DNA of 49,248 nucleotides from Minisyncoccota bacterium (lineage in GTDB: Bacteria; Patescibacteriota; Minisyncoccia; Phycocordibacterales; UBA9973). The notes under the pieces are model-generated. The model ran no database searches and was not told the DNA's origin. It saw only the letters and a list, made by a program, of their open reading frames with translations. Made by a program: the position numbers and the translations under genes. Positions within the stretch are counted from its first letter, which is position 1; each line of letters opens with the position of its first letter. Positions 1-8,050 of the stretch are shown here, piece after piece. The stretch covers positions 1 through 49,248 of the forward strand of contig JBAYVZ010000006.1 of assembly GCA_041674285.1 (NCBI GenBank), written 5' to 3'.

Positions 1-125
1 AAAAATATTTGTGACAAGCGATACCCAGAGAATAATGTTTCGCCCTGCCGAGTCCATTTTTTAGAATTCTTCATTTGGATTTTTGGCGAAAAAAGTTCGG
101 ATTTCTGAGTATAGACGGAGCATAT

Positions 126-153
126 AAAAAAGCACCTGTGACGGTGCTTTTTG
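126..153 (+). terminator. intrinsic terminator-like hairpin
   Basis: agcacc/ggtgct stem, then a T-run; an A-run lies on the 5' side. Confidence 0.5.
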
Positions 154-215
154 TTTTATTGACAAAAATACATTTTCATTATAATGTGAAGAAAAATACA
201 TTATAATAAATTAAC

Positions 216-767
216 ATGAAAGATTTTTTATTAAAAGGAAGCTTTGACAAGCCAATACCTAGTGTTCGTCGCATATTCAAGCTGTTGCATGAAATTGAAA
301 AATATAATTTTTCTTTACAGGAGATATATATTTATTCTTATTCAAGGAAAGCAACTTTTGTTGCTCTGAATTGTGCTTACAAAAGAAGAATTGTAACTAT
401 ACCTATTAATCTAGGTTTATCAGGAGTAGTAGATAAAGAAAATTCTTTTTCGGGAGACAACAAGACTCCACTCACAGGTAAAAAGGATTTTTTTATGACT
501 GGTAAAAGTCGCGTTCGAGGAATACGATACAAAATCGCAGGTAGCGAAGAAGAGGCAGTGTATTCAAGAGATGGACAAATAAATCTCGGATCAGCTTTTG
601 TAGGTATCGATGCGGTAAACAGTAAAGGGGTAAATCGGGGTATTGGATTTCATGGTCACAAAGACAATCTATTAGAACCAACAAACGGATGCATCCGGAT
701 GTACAATGACGACCTGTTATTGTTAGCTCCAATAATGGTTCCAGGTGTAAAGGTTTTTATTATTTAA
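216..767 (+). CDS. L,D-transpeptidase catalytic-domain (YkuD) protein
   Basis: C-terminal GIGFHGHKDNLLEPTNGCIRMYNDDLLLL matches the YkuD His...(S/T)xGCIRM active-site signature. No obvious signal peptide or TM segment. Confidence 0.75.
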   Translation: MKDFLLKGSFDKPIPSVRRIFKLLHEIEKYNFSLQEIYIYSYSRKATFVALNCAYKRRIVTIPINLGLSGVVDKENSFSGDNKTPLTGKKDFFMTGKSRVRGIRYKIAGSEEEAVYSRDGQINLGSAFVGIDAVNSKGVNRGIGFHGHKDNLLEPTNGCIRMYNDDLLLLAPIMVPGVKVFII

Positions 768-804
768 AAAAGGTTGTTCGCATTTGCGAACAACCTTTTT
801 TTTT
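768..804 (+). terminator. intrinsic terminator
   Basis: aggttgttcgc/gcgaacaacct 11-bp stem followed by T8. Confidence 0.85.
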
Positions 805-866
805 GACAAAAATAATAATTTGTTATATTGTAAAGAAAAATAATAATTCAAAAAGTAAAATATTTT

Positions 867-1232
867 ATGGAAAGAAAATCTATTAAAGAACACGAACGAG
901 TAGATATTTATACTTGGGCGCTGAATACTCCGCTTGAAATATTCTTGGAGTACATGAAAATACAAAAACCTTGGAGGAGAATCCTAAGAGATCCTGAAAA
1001 TAAGGAATTTATGAAGTGCGAAAGGGTTATGGATCTTTTGGAACTAGAGTCTATTGTCTTTCTAAAGAGTATGGGTGTAGGTGATGTATCCTATAGACAG
1101 CTAATGAAGGCACTCTATGATTTTGGAATTAAGGGTTGCTTTTGGTATCCAATAGGCAGTATTGATTCTGTCCGTTTATTGAAGCATAAAGATTTAATTC
1201 TTAAATACAGAATGGAAATTTCAAAACAGTAA
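867..1232 (+). CDS. hypothetical protein
   Basis: 121-aa ORF followed by a strong terminator; no motif recognised. Confidence 0.5.
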   Translation: MERKSIKEHERVDIYTWALNTPLEIFLEYMKIQKPWRRILRDPENKEFMKCERVMDLLELESIVFLKSMGVGDVSYRQLMKALYDFGIKGCFWYPIGSIDSVRLLKHKDLILKYRMEISKQ

Positions 1233-1580
1233 ATAAAAGGTCCGAACACTTGAAGTGTTCGGACCTTTTTTAGTGATATAATGAATATATGCAAAAATAG
1301 CCACACGAATTTTTATAATCTCATCTATAGCTTTTGGTATTATCGGCCTATGTATCGTTTTGACAGCTTCTGGGCCTGATACACCAGATACAAAATTAAC
1401 TGAAATTTTAATAAGATTACTTTTTACCACTGTATTTATAATCTTGCCATCATTTGCCATTAGTCTCGCTGGGAAGTATCTAAATATTAAATAGTATTTT
1501 GGTATATTGCCTTTATCTGATAGTATATAGTCTATATCAGCACTAGGGCATCTTATTAAAATAACTTCTAGCGTTGTCAT
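1221..1580 (-). CDS. hypothetical protein (doubtful)
   Basis: Only long ORF in the 326-nt gap before terC. The first ATG is at 1580; the track start at 1589 is TTG. The 3' end reads through the terminator of the convergent gene. No family recognised. Confidence 0.3.
   Translation of the reverse strand: MTTLEVILIRCPSADIDYILSDKGNIPKYYLIFRYFPARLMANDGKIINTVVKSNLIKISVNFVSGVSGPEAVKTIHRPIIPKAIDEIIKIRVAIFAYIHYITKKGPNTSSVRTFYLLF
1239..1271 (+). terminator. intrinsic terminator
   Basis: ggtccgaacac/gtgttcggacc stem followed by T6. Confidence 0.85.
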
Positions 1581-1596
1581 ATATCTCAAATATCAT

Positions 1597-2517
1597 ATGG
1601 AATCACAAACTGCTTTAATCGTGCTTTTTTCTGTCGTTGTCGTGGGATTTCTCATTGCCGACCTCGGATTTTTTAATAAAAAGAGTCACAAGATAGAATT
1701 TAAACCTGCACTCTACCAATCACTATTTTGGATATTGATATCTTTGGCTTTTGGATGGTTGATCTACATATTTATGGGTAGGGAACTAGCTGTTCAATAT
1801 CTCAGTGCTTATATTACCGAAAAGATGCTATCTGTAGATAATCTCTTTGTCATACTGCTCATATTCAGTTACTTTAATCTCGAAGAAAAATACCATCACA
1901 AGGCTCTTTTCTGGGGTATCATCGGGGCTATCATATTCAGAGCATTGTTCATCGGGGTAGGCGCATACGTGATCAGTCAATTCTACTGGATACTATATGT
2001 ATTCGGAGCATTGTTAGTCTACACAGGTATCAAATTGTTGAATAATAAAAAAGAAGAACATATTGATTTCAAGAATAATAAGGTTATAAAATTTGCCCAC
2101 AAGATACTGCCATTTACGGATAGTCACCATGGTGGAAAATTCTTCATCAGAGAAAAGGGTAAGTTTTACTTTACATCACTATTCATGATCGTGCTCCTAG
2201 TGGAGGCTACAGATATTATATTTGCTGTGGATTCTATACCAGCTGTATTTAGTATCTCTCAAAATATGTTTGTAGTATTTACTTCAAATATATTTGCTAT
2301 CATGGGACTCCGAGCATTGTTCTTCCTCATTGAAAATATCTTGCACAAATTCCACCACCTACAAAAGGGTCTAGCATTCATACTGTTATTCATAGGTGCC
2401 AAGATGCTCGCAGGAATATTTGGTGTTCATCTGTCATCTATGCTATCACTAGGAGTCATAATGTTTGCATTAGCGTCATCTATCATACTGTCTATTCTGT
2501 ATCCAAAGAAGATATAA
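1597..2517 (+). CDS. terC: TerC/Alx-family integral membrane protein
   Basis: Multi-TM protein carrying the paired TerC motifs SVDNLFVILLIF and EATDIIFAVDSIPAVF. Confidence 0.9.
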   Translation: MESQTALIVLFSVVVVGFLIADLGFFNKKSHKIEFKPALYQSLFWILISLAFGWLIYIFMGRELAVQYLSAYITEKMLSVDNLFVILLIFSYFNLEEKYHHKALFWGIIGAIIFRALFIGVGAYVISQFYWILYVFGALLVYTGIKLLNNKKEEHIDFKNNKVIKFAHKILPFTDSHHGGKFFIREKGKFYFTSLFMIVLLVEATDIIFAVDSIPAVFSISQNMFVVFTSNIFAIMGLRALFFLIENILHKFHHLQKGLAFILLFIGAKMLAGIFGVHLSSMLSLGVIMFALASSIILSILYPKKI

Positions 2518-2536
2518 ATATTCTCAAACATAAAAA

Positions 2537-2566
2537 AGCTGGACACGAAAGTGTCCAGCTTTTTTA
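2537..2566 (+). terminator. intrinsic terminator
   Basis: agctggacac-gaaa-gtgtccagct perfect stem followed by T5. Confidence 0.9.
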
Positions 2567-2575
2567 TGGTATAGT
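2567..2575 (+). promoter_or_regulatory. extended -10 box (TGgTATAGT) 6 nt upstream of ATG 2582
   Basis: The TGn+TATAGT hexamer ends at 2575 and the ATG is at 2582, which implies a leaderless transcript. Confidence 0.5.
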
Positions 2576-2581
2576 AGATAC

Positions 2582-3115
2582 ATGAAAAAGATACTTATAT
2601 TTTTGTCCGCAATAGTTTTACTAGTGATAGTCGCTGGTATTTATAAATTTAATTTTACCGAGGATGATATCATAATCCCGGTAGTAGAAGATAAAATAGA
2701 GAATACTCAGTCAGTAGAAAAAGAAAAATTACCACCCTTGGTAGTTAAAGATTTTGAAGGGGAGGCTGATCCAGATAGGATGACACTAGGGATGACAAAG
2801 TGGAACTGGATCAAGACTGTATATAGTGATGATAAAATAGTTACACCACTAAAAGAAAAAAAATTCACATTAACATTTAAAAATGACAATACATTTTCTG
2901 CGACGACAGACTGTAATGGTGTAGGTGGGGAATATAAAACAAAAGAAAAAAATATCACCTTTGACAAGATGATGTCTACTCTCATGTATTGCGAGGGTTC
3001 ACAAGAATCTGAATTTGCAAAGATGCTGACCGAGACACAGAGCTATATGTTCACATCAAAAGGCGAGCTGATACTGATGCTCAAATATGATAGTGGGTCT
3101 GTAATCTTCAGATAA
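2582..3115 (+). CDS. META-domain (HslJ-like) exported protein
   Basis: N-terminal TM/signal segment. DCNGVGGEYKTKEKNITFDKMMSTLMYCEG fits the META pattern CNxxxGxY...T.M.C. Confidence 0.8.
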   Translation: MKKILIFLSAIVLLVIVAGIYKFNFTEDDIIIPVVEDKIENTQSVEKEKLPPLVVKDFEGEADPDRMTLGMTKWNWIKTVYSDDKIVTPLKEKKFTLTFKNDNTFSATTDCNGVGGEYKTKEKNITFDKMMSTLMYCEGSQESEFAKMLTETQSYMFTSKGELILMLKYDSGSVIFR

Positions 3116-3127
3116 ACATATAAAAAA

Positions 3128-3149
3128 CCGCACATTTGTGCGGTTTTTT
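3128..3149 (+). terminator. intrinsic terminator
   Basis: ccgcaca/tgtgcgg stem followed by T6. Confidence 0.8.
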
Positions 3150-3155
3150 CATTGA

Positions 3156-3185
3156 TTGACAATTGGACATAAAATATGTTATAAT
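3156..3185 (+). promoter_or_regulatory. sigma70-type promoter
   Basis: TTGACA (3156-3161), 18-nt spacer, TATAAT (3180-3185). Confidence 0.6.
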
Positions 3186-3277
3186 ATAAGTAATAGGGTG
3201 TGACTTTAGCATGTCGCTAATACACGATCCGAAAACCAATGACCGAAGGTTGAAGAGGTCAAAAAATAAATTGTACT

Positions 3278-4405
3278 TTGAAAAAAATTTTCTTTTTACT
3301 TGTTATCGGGATGATAGCAAGTACTGCTCGTCCACAAGGTGGACTGACTGCTATTCTTCAATCTTCCCATCAAGTCTGGACAACTCCAGACGGGATTGAT
3401 TTTATTTACGACACCGCTTATTCAGGTGGTACGCTCTACAGTTTTGCCCAAAAGCATTTTGGGAATGGTGAACGTTGGCCTGAATTGCTTTATCTGAATC
3501 CAAGCCTAAATGATCTTGGCCGGACCCAGGTAAACAATCGTGGAAAAAAATTCACGATGTTGTTTGTGGGTGAAGTAATCAAGATTCCTTATGCTAGGTC
3601 TTATCCTGTTGACGACGGCGCTGTTAATCCTAGTCCAGATGTTAAGCCTGACTCAGAATTGTGGGTGTGGTTAAAAAGTAATTGGGGATGGGTCTTATGT
3701 GGATTCTTTATCGTTGCTGGAATTATTGGAGCTTTGGTTCAATTATTATTCAAAAGAAAAGATCCTATTACATCAGGCTCACCTCAGGTTCCCGGTGGTG
3801 TGAATGATTCGCAAGCTCAAGCTCGTGTACAACGGCTTGCAGTTGAGCGTTTTGGTAGTAATAACATCCTAGTAAAAAACATTCGCAGGGGTCGCCTAAA
3901 CGGTGACGCGAAGGTTTATTATGCAAACAAACCAAACGGTAAACTTTTCAGATTAAAAGATCAAATCGGCTACGCTGGTGAGATTATTGTTGATGGTAAA
4001 GAAAAAACTGTGTATTTTTTACAAGGATGTGGTAATGATGTAAGGCGTGGTGATTATATGGTAAACCTTAAATTCACTGCTGATGCAGAAATACCTCTAA
4101 TTCCTGAACCTATCGTTGATCAAGCACCAATTGTAGAAAAGGCTCCTGCTGCAGAAGCGAATGCAGAAGCAACTGCAGAAGTAAAAGATTTAAAATTTGT
4201 AAATGAGACAAGTCACGAAAGTAAAACAGAAAGTGTTACTGGTAGTGAATCTCATCTTCAAACTATGAAGCTTTTGGACATTGCAAAAGACTTGATTGGA
4301 AATAACCAAGAAAAGTGGAAGGTTGAAGTATCTATTAAAGACGGTGAAGCAAGACTTATCACTGAATTTAAAAAAGAAGCGGGTAAAAAAGAAAGCGGAA
4401 ATTAA
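3278..4405 (+). CDS. LysM-like domain membrane protein
   Basis: TTG start followed by signal peptide MKKIFFLLVIGMIASTA. LysM-like segment GGTLYSFAQKHFGNGERWPELLYLNPSL...GEVIKIPY, then one TM segment (WGWVLCGFFIVAGIIGALVQLLF) and an unknown C-terminal domain. Confidence 0.6.
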   Translation: MKKIFFLLVIGMIASTARPQGGLTAILQSSHQVWTTPDGIDFIYDTAYSGGTLYSFAQKHFGNGERWPELLYLNPSLNDLGRTQVNNRGKKFTMLFVGEVIKIPYARSYPVDDGAVNPSPDVKPDSELWVWLKSNWGWVLCGFFIVAGIIGALVQLLFKRKDPITSGSPQVPGGVNDSQAQARVQRLAVERFGSNNILVKNIRRGRLNGDAKVYYANKPNGKLFRLKDQIGYAGEIIVDGKEKTVYFLQGCGNDVRRGDYMVNLKFTADAEIPLIPEPIVDQAPIVEKAPAAEANAEATAEVKDLKFVNETSHESKTESVTGSESHLQTMKLLDIAKDLIGNNQEKWKVEVSIKDGEARLITEFKKEAGKKESGN

Positions 4406-4412
4406 AGAAAAA

Positions 4413-4442
4413 AGAGCCTTTTCTACGGAAAAGGCTCTTTTT
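4413..4442. terminator. bidirectional intrinsic terminator
   Basis: agagcctttt/aaaaggctct stem flanked by an A-run and a T-run, between convergent genes. Confidence 0.85.
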
Positions 4443-4449
4443 AATTGTC

Positions 4450-5760
4450 TTACTTTTTCAATATATTCTGTTCGATTTTTTTGAAGTCGTATTTGTCTGC
4501 AGGGAAATTTTCTGTGAACATATTCATCACAAGATCGCCATCATAATTCCCAGTCTCTTTTGCGTAGTGCATAGCTAGTATCATCTCCTCGGGGACGCCT
4601 ACACAGTCTAGTGGCTTGAATCCTTCGATTCCCATTATCCTCTTGAATACAGATAGTAATCTCTTCTTTTTATACAGATCATCCCCAAAAATACTGACCA
4701 CCTCTTCTTTGGGTAGAAATGCAGAAAAACAAGTGAATAGAAATGCACATTTTGGACATCTGTTGCACCAGTATCCATGAGTGCGCAATCTCTGCTCAAT
4801 ACGAGGAAGCCAAAAATATGTATTACAGCTAGTCACGTAGTGTAGATATTTTGGATATTGTACAAATTTCTCTACTATTTGTAGTTCGTTATACTTACGT
4901 AGCATGGACACAGTAGAGATACTAGGTGTTATAAAATCATGAACATAATCATTTATCATTTTTTCAGCCACAGAAGATTTGCACCATTGGTGATTCACTT
5001 CGAGCCCTAGATAATTCATATTTCCAAAGTCTGCACTACTCTCATTTGAAAATACTATCGCATTGTATCCTAGTAGCTCTGATAACAGCGTAGCTATAAA
5101 TGTAAATGTGGACACAGAAGGATAGGAATTTGATATCGAATATAATTCCTTTATTAGATCTAACCTAAAATCCATCTTGCGAGTCACCTCTATAGTATTC
5201 GCACCTACTAATTTTCCTATACGCATGTGAGCAGGAGTAGGGGCAAAAGCAAAAAAATCAAAGGGTGTATTTGAAGATTTTAATATTTCAGCAGATAATA
5301 TTGAATCCTTACCTGCACCATTTAATAATAGTGATCTTTCTGGTAGCTCCATGTCTGATGGGAGTGGGGCTTTTTTATTTTCATCATAAGGGAATGCTAT
5401 CAGATCATGAAAATCCATCTTCATAAAGTAAAAGAATTCACCTAATCCATTCAGATAAAGTGAATCCCAAAATTGAGCTTGTTCGCGAGTCAGGGTAAAA
5501 TCTTTTATCTTGATATTATTTGTGGGGAATACACACCAATAATTTATCCCCATCATTAGAGTCAGGGATTCTAGGGTATGCCCGAGTATATCCGCAGGTA
5601 TCTTGTCCCAGAGTCCGGGTGTGATATCTTTTAGGATAATTTTATCGTGATATGTTTGCCTGATCCCACTTTTGAATTCAACATGATAGTCAAATGTGAT
5701 AGTTCCGCTTGATTTGTTTATCTTGTATGATCCAAATGTGAAGGATTTTACTTTTATCAT
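4450..5760 (-). CDS. PP-loop (adenine nucleotide alpha-hydrolase-like) protein with C-terminal CxxCxKC motif; possibly MurL-like
   Basis: LLLNGAGKDSILSAE resembles the SGGxDS PP-loop, and YWCNRCPKCAFLF is a Cys cluster. Family assignment is tentative. Confidence 0.55.
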   Translation of the reverse strand: MIKVKSFTFGSYKINKSSGTITFDYHVEFKSGIRQTYHDKIILKDITPGLWDKIPADILGHTLESLTLMMGINYWCVFPTNNIKIKDFTLTREQAQFWDSLYLNGLGEFFYFMKMDFHDLIAFPYDENKKAPLPSDMELPERSLLLNGAGKDSILSAEILKSSNTPFDFFAFAPTPAHMRIGKLVGANTIEVTRKMDFRLDLIKELYSISNSYPSVSTFTFIATLLSELLGYNAIVFSNESSADFGNMNYLGLEVNHQWCKSSVAEKMINDYVHDFITPSISTVSMLRKYNELQIVEKFVQYPKYLHYVTSCNTYFWLPRIEQRLRTHGYWCNRCPKCAFLFTCFSAFLPKEEVVSIFGDDLYKKKRLLSVFKRIMGIEGFKPLDCVGVPEEMILAMHYAKETGNYDGDLVMNMFTENFPADKYDFKKIEQNILKK

Positions 5761-5766
5761 TGTTTT

Positions 5767-5775
5767 ATCATATCA
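5767..5775 (-). promoter_or_regulatory. extended -10 box (TGaTATGAT) 6 nt upstream of ATG 5760
   Basis: The minus strand reads TGATATGAT-aaaaca-ATG. Confidence 0.45.
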
Positions 5776-5844
5776 TCTGGGTTATATAGTGTCTATTTTT
5801 TAAAAATTGATCGCGTCATATATCTCTTTTGATAAATTAAATAA

Positions 5845-5883
5845 ATAAAAAATCCCCGCAAGTTTACTTGCGGGGATTTTTTA
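5845..5883 (-). terminator. intrinsic terminator
   Basis: atccccgcaag/cttgcggggat stem flanked by A/T runs, immediately after the stop of 5884..7902. Confidence 0.85.
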
Positions 5884-7902
5884 TTATTTTAATGGTGCAA
5901 TATTTTTTACATATCTGCTGTGTACCCATCCAGATACGCCCTGATCAAAGTTCACCTTGTGCCATAGGACTTTGTTTAGATACATATTTTCTATTACGGT
6001 GCCTGTGGCTCCGTATCCTATGCGTGCATATAGTTTACCTGCTGGAGTCTTGCGGATGTTTAGTAGTGGAGCTGTTGTAGAGATTCTGTTTGTTAGTATG
6101 TATCCAGAATACATACTTGTTTGAAGATTAGTGTTTGTCTGGGTATTTGTATTTTGATAATACGATGTTGGGTTTGTATATGCAGGGCTAGTATATGATG
6201 GAGTAGGTATCTGATTGTAATTCTGTATATAAGTAGGATTATTTTGTGGAGCTGTATATGTAGGATTGATAGGGGGCAAATTATAATTTGGATTTACATA
6301 TGTTGGATTGTTGTTTGAATTAGAATTAGATCCTGATGAATTTGTCTCTACGAAGAATGAAGGGGAAGACGTCACATTCACGAGAGTATTGTTTATTGGA
6401 GTCTCCTTTCTTGTACTACTATAATCCCACTCGCTACGATTGCCGACAAAATTAAAAGGAAAAGTATAATTTGAAGACACACTCTCACTCAGATCAGTAG
6501 TTGTTTTAGCCCAGAGTACATAAGTGAATTTACCGTCTTCTCCTTCAAATGCTACCCCCCGCATAGTACTAGGTAGATTTAATTGATTTGTCTTTGCCTG
6601 ATTGTATTTCTTGCCGTAGAGTAATTCGCTGATAGTTTTCTGTGCTTTGTATTGCTCTGTCTTTGGGGCATTGGATACTGTCGTGTTAGAAGAGCTGATA
6701 TCTCCATACAGGCCCATCTTGTTGAAACTGTCTGTGCTCGTACTATTTTGACCTAGGCCGTATTTGTATGTCTGCATTATTCCATTTGCCTGACCTAATA
6801 CGTGCATCTTTATAAAATAATTATTTGATTCTGTTGATCCACCCCAGTCTGTCCCCACAGTAGCTTGGGGGATGTCTGTCTCTGTGACTAGCCACTGCTT
6901 CCTCGGATAAGTAGATCCTTCATATCCGTATTTTTCCAGTATTGTATTATGTTCTGTCTGATACTTTAGATGTGCATCCACTGCTGCATCCGAGTGTCTA
7001 CTGTAAACAAAGCCACCCTTCGCATTATCCCATTTGTGTAGGTCATACATCGGATAGGTGTGGAAAGATAGTACATCAAAATAAGCACCAGCTTTTAGTG
7101 GATACTCTGCGGTGACACTACCGTCATTCGGATTGTCTGTATTTCGCATTAGTGCATCTAGGAATGATGGGTATCCTATACCTCCTGTGGCTACATAGTC
7201 TCCAGGTTCGAGCGTCTTGATCACGTCATATGCTACTCGTAGCTCACGTATGTAGTATTGGATAGGGGCCTTTAGATTTGTCAGATCTTCTGGTTCAGGA
7301 TTAACATTCCACCAACTCTTTGAATCAGCACTCTTGTCTTGCCATCCATGTGAGCTGTATGTAAAGTCAGGCTCATTTACTATCTCCCAAAATTTTACAT
7401 ATTGTCCATAATTTTTTACTGTCTTGTATACGTATGATGCATAAGTGTTTGCAGGGTTGATCTGTGTCTTGCCCGCATCTAGCCATACTGGCTCGTACAG
7501 ACCTTTAAAAGTTTTTGCACGTTCGGATGCACCGGGGAATATTTTAGTTTCGCGGTTGTCAGTGCCAGATGTATTTGGTTCACCTAGGAATGCAGTCAGG
7601 TCTGTGAGCCCTAGATTTTTGTAATATTCAAAAGCTGTTTTTCTTGCATCTATTCCGTATCCTGTGATGAGCCAGTCTGGTAATGATGCTCGGATAGTAC
7701 GTGCTCCTGCATTGTATGCGAGCTCTGCGACATTTTGATCTGTGAGATGGGACCCATAATATCCCATATTTGTACCGTAGGCGTATTTGCCGTTATATAG
7801 ATTAAAAGAACCCATATCGTTTGCAGTCAGAGCAGATGCATACCCGGGGGTAGACATTACAATAAGTGTGAGTAATAAGATATTTTTTTTAACTGTATTC
7901 AT
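5884..7902 (-). CDS. secreted clan-A (GH5-like) glycoside hydrolase with Asn/Pro/Thr/Tyr-rich linker and C-terminal SH3b domain
   Basis: Signal peptide present. WEIVNEPD is a NEP acid/base motif and WLVTETD is a candidate nucleophile Glu. The C-terminus (...LLNIRKTPAGKLYARIGYGATGTVIE...WHKV...GWVHSRYV) looks like bacterial SH3. Confidence 0.7.
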   Translation of the reverse strand: MNTVKKNILLLTLIVMSTPGYASALTANDMGSFNLYNGKYAYGTNMGYYGSHLTDQNVAELAYNAGARTIRASLPDWLITGYGIDARKTAFEYYKNLGLTDLTAFLGEPNTSGTDNRETKIFPGASERAKTFKGLYEPVWLDAGKTQINPANTYASYVYKTVKNYGQYVKFWEIVNEPDFTYSSHGWQDKSADSKSWWNVNPEPEDLTNLKAPIQYYIRELRVAYDVIKTLEPGDYVATGGIGYPSFLDALMRNTDNPNDGSVTAEYPLKAGAYFDVLSFHTYPMYDLHKWDNAKGGFVYSRHSDAAVDAHLKYQTEHNTILEKYGYEGSTYPRKQWLVTETDIPQATVGTDWGGSTESNNYFIKMHVLGQANGIMQTYKYGLGQNSTSTDSFNKMGLYGDISSSNTTVSNAPKTEQYKAQKTISELLYGKKYNQAKTNQLNLPSTMRGVAFEGEDGKFTYVLWAKTTTDLSESVSSNYTFPFNFVGNRSEWDYSSTRKETPINNTLVNVTSSPSFFVETNSSGSNSNSNNNPTYVNPNYNLPPINPTYTAPQNNPTYIQNYNQIPTPSYTSPAYTNPTSYYQNTNTQTNTNLQTSMYSGYILTNRISTTAPLLNIRKTPAGKLYARIGYGATGTVIENMYLNKVLWHKVNFDQGVSGWVHSRYVKNIAPLK
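6105..6345 (-). repeat. low-complexity coding repeat (NPTY-like units)
   Basis: Translated SNSNSNNNPTYVNPNYNLPPINPTYTAPQNNPTYIQNYNQIPTPSYTSPAYTNPTSYYQNTNTQTNTN; coordinates estimated from residue positions. Confidence 0.6.
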
Positions 7903-7909
7903 ATTTTAC

Positions 7910-7918
7910 AATATACCA
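7910..7918 (-). promoter_or_regulatory. extended -10 box (TGgTATATT) 7 nt upstream of ATG 7902
   Basis: The minus strand reads TGGTATATT-gtaaaat-ATG. Confidence 0.45.
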
Positions 7919-8030
7919 CACAATTTATTATTTTTCTGAAAAATAATGTGATATATTAATAAAAAATAGTTTATACAAATTCGTACAAAATACGATTTTT
8001 TATATTATTTGTCATTTGTAATCAATAAAT

Positions 8031-8050
8031 AAAAACCAAAAAACCAAAAA
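8031..8050 (+). promoter_or_regulatory. A/C-rich leader motif AAAAACCAAAAAACCAAAAA abutting the ATG
   Basis: Near-identical motif upstream of 21518(-); related motifs upstream of 29268 and 41960. Confidence 0.35.

Noticed and set aside
1-111. Possible 3' end of a plus-strand gene (frame 1 open to a TGA at 109-111), or alternatively a minus-strand gene starting at 74
   Set aside because: It is too short to evaluate and no motif is present. The TGA stop would be the only one in the window. Only the downstream terminator-like hairpin is reported.
159-185. TTGACA...TATAAT pairs at 159-185 and 803-829 as promoters
   Set aside because: The spacers are only about 15 nt by my count, shorter than optimal. 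They are plausible but are not listed as features.
3211-3399. 62-aa ORF overlapping the start of the LysM-like gene
   Set aside because: It is out of frame with a gene that has a convincing signal peptide, and it has no features of its own.
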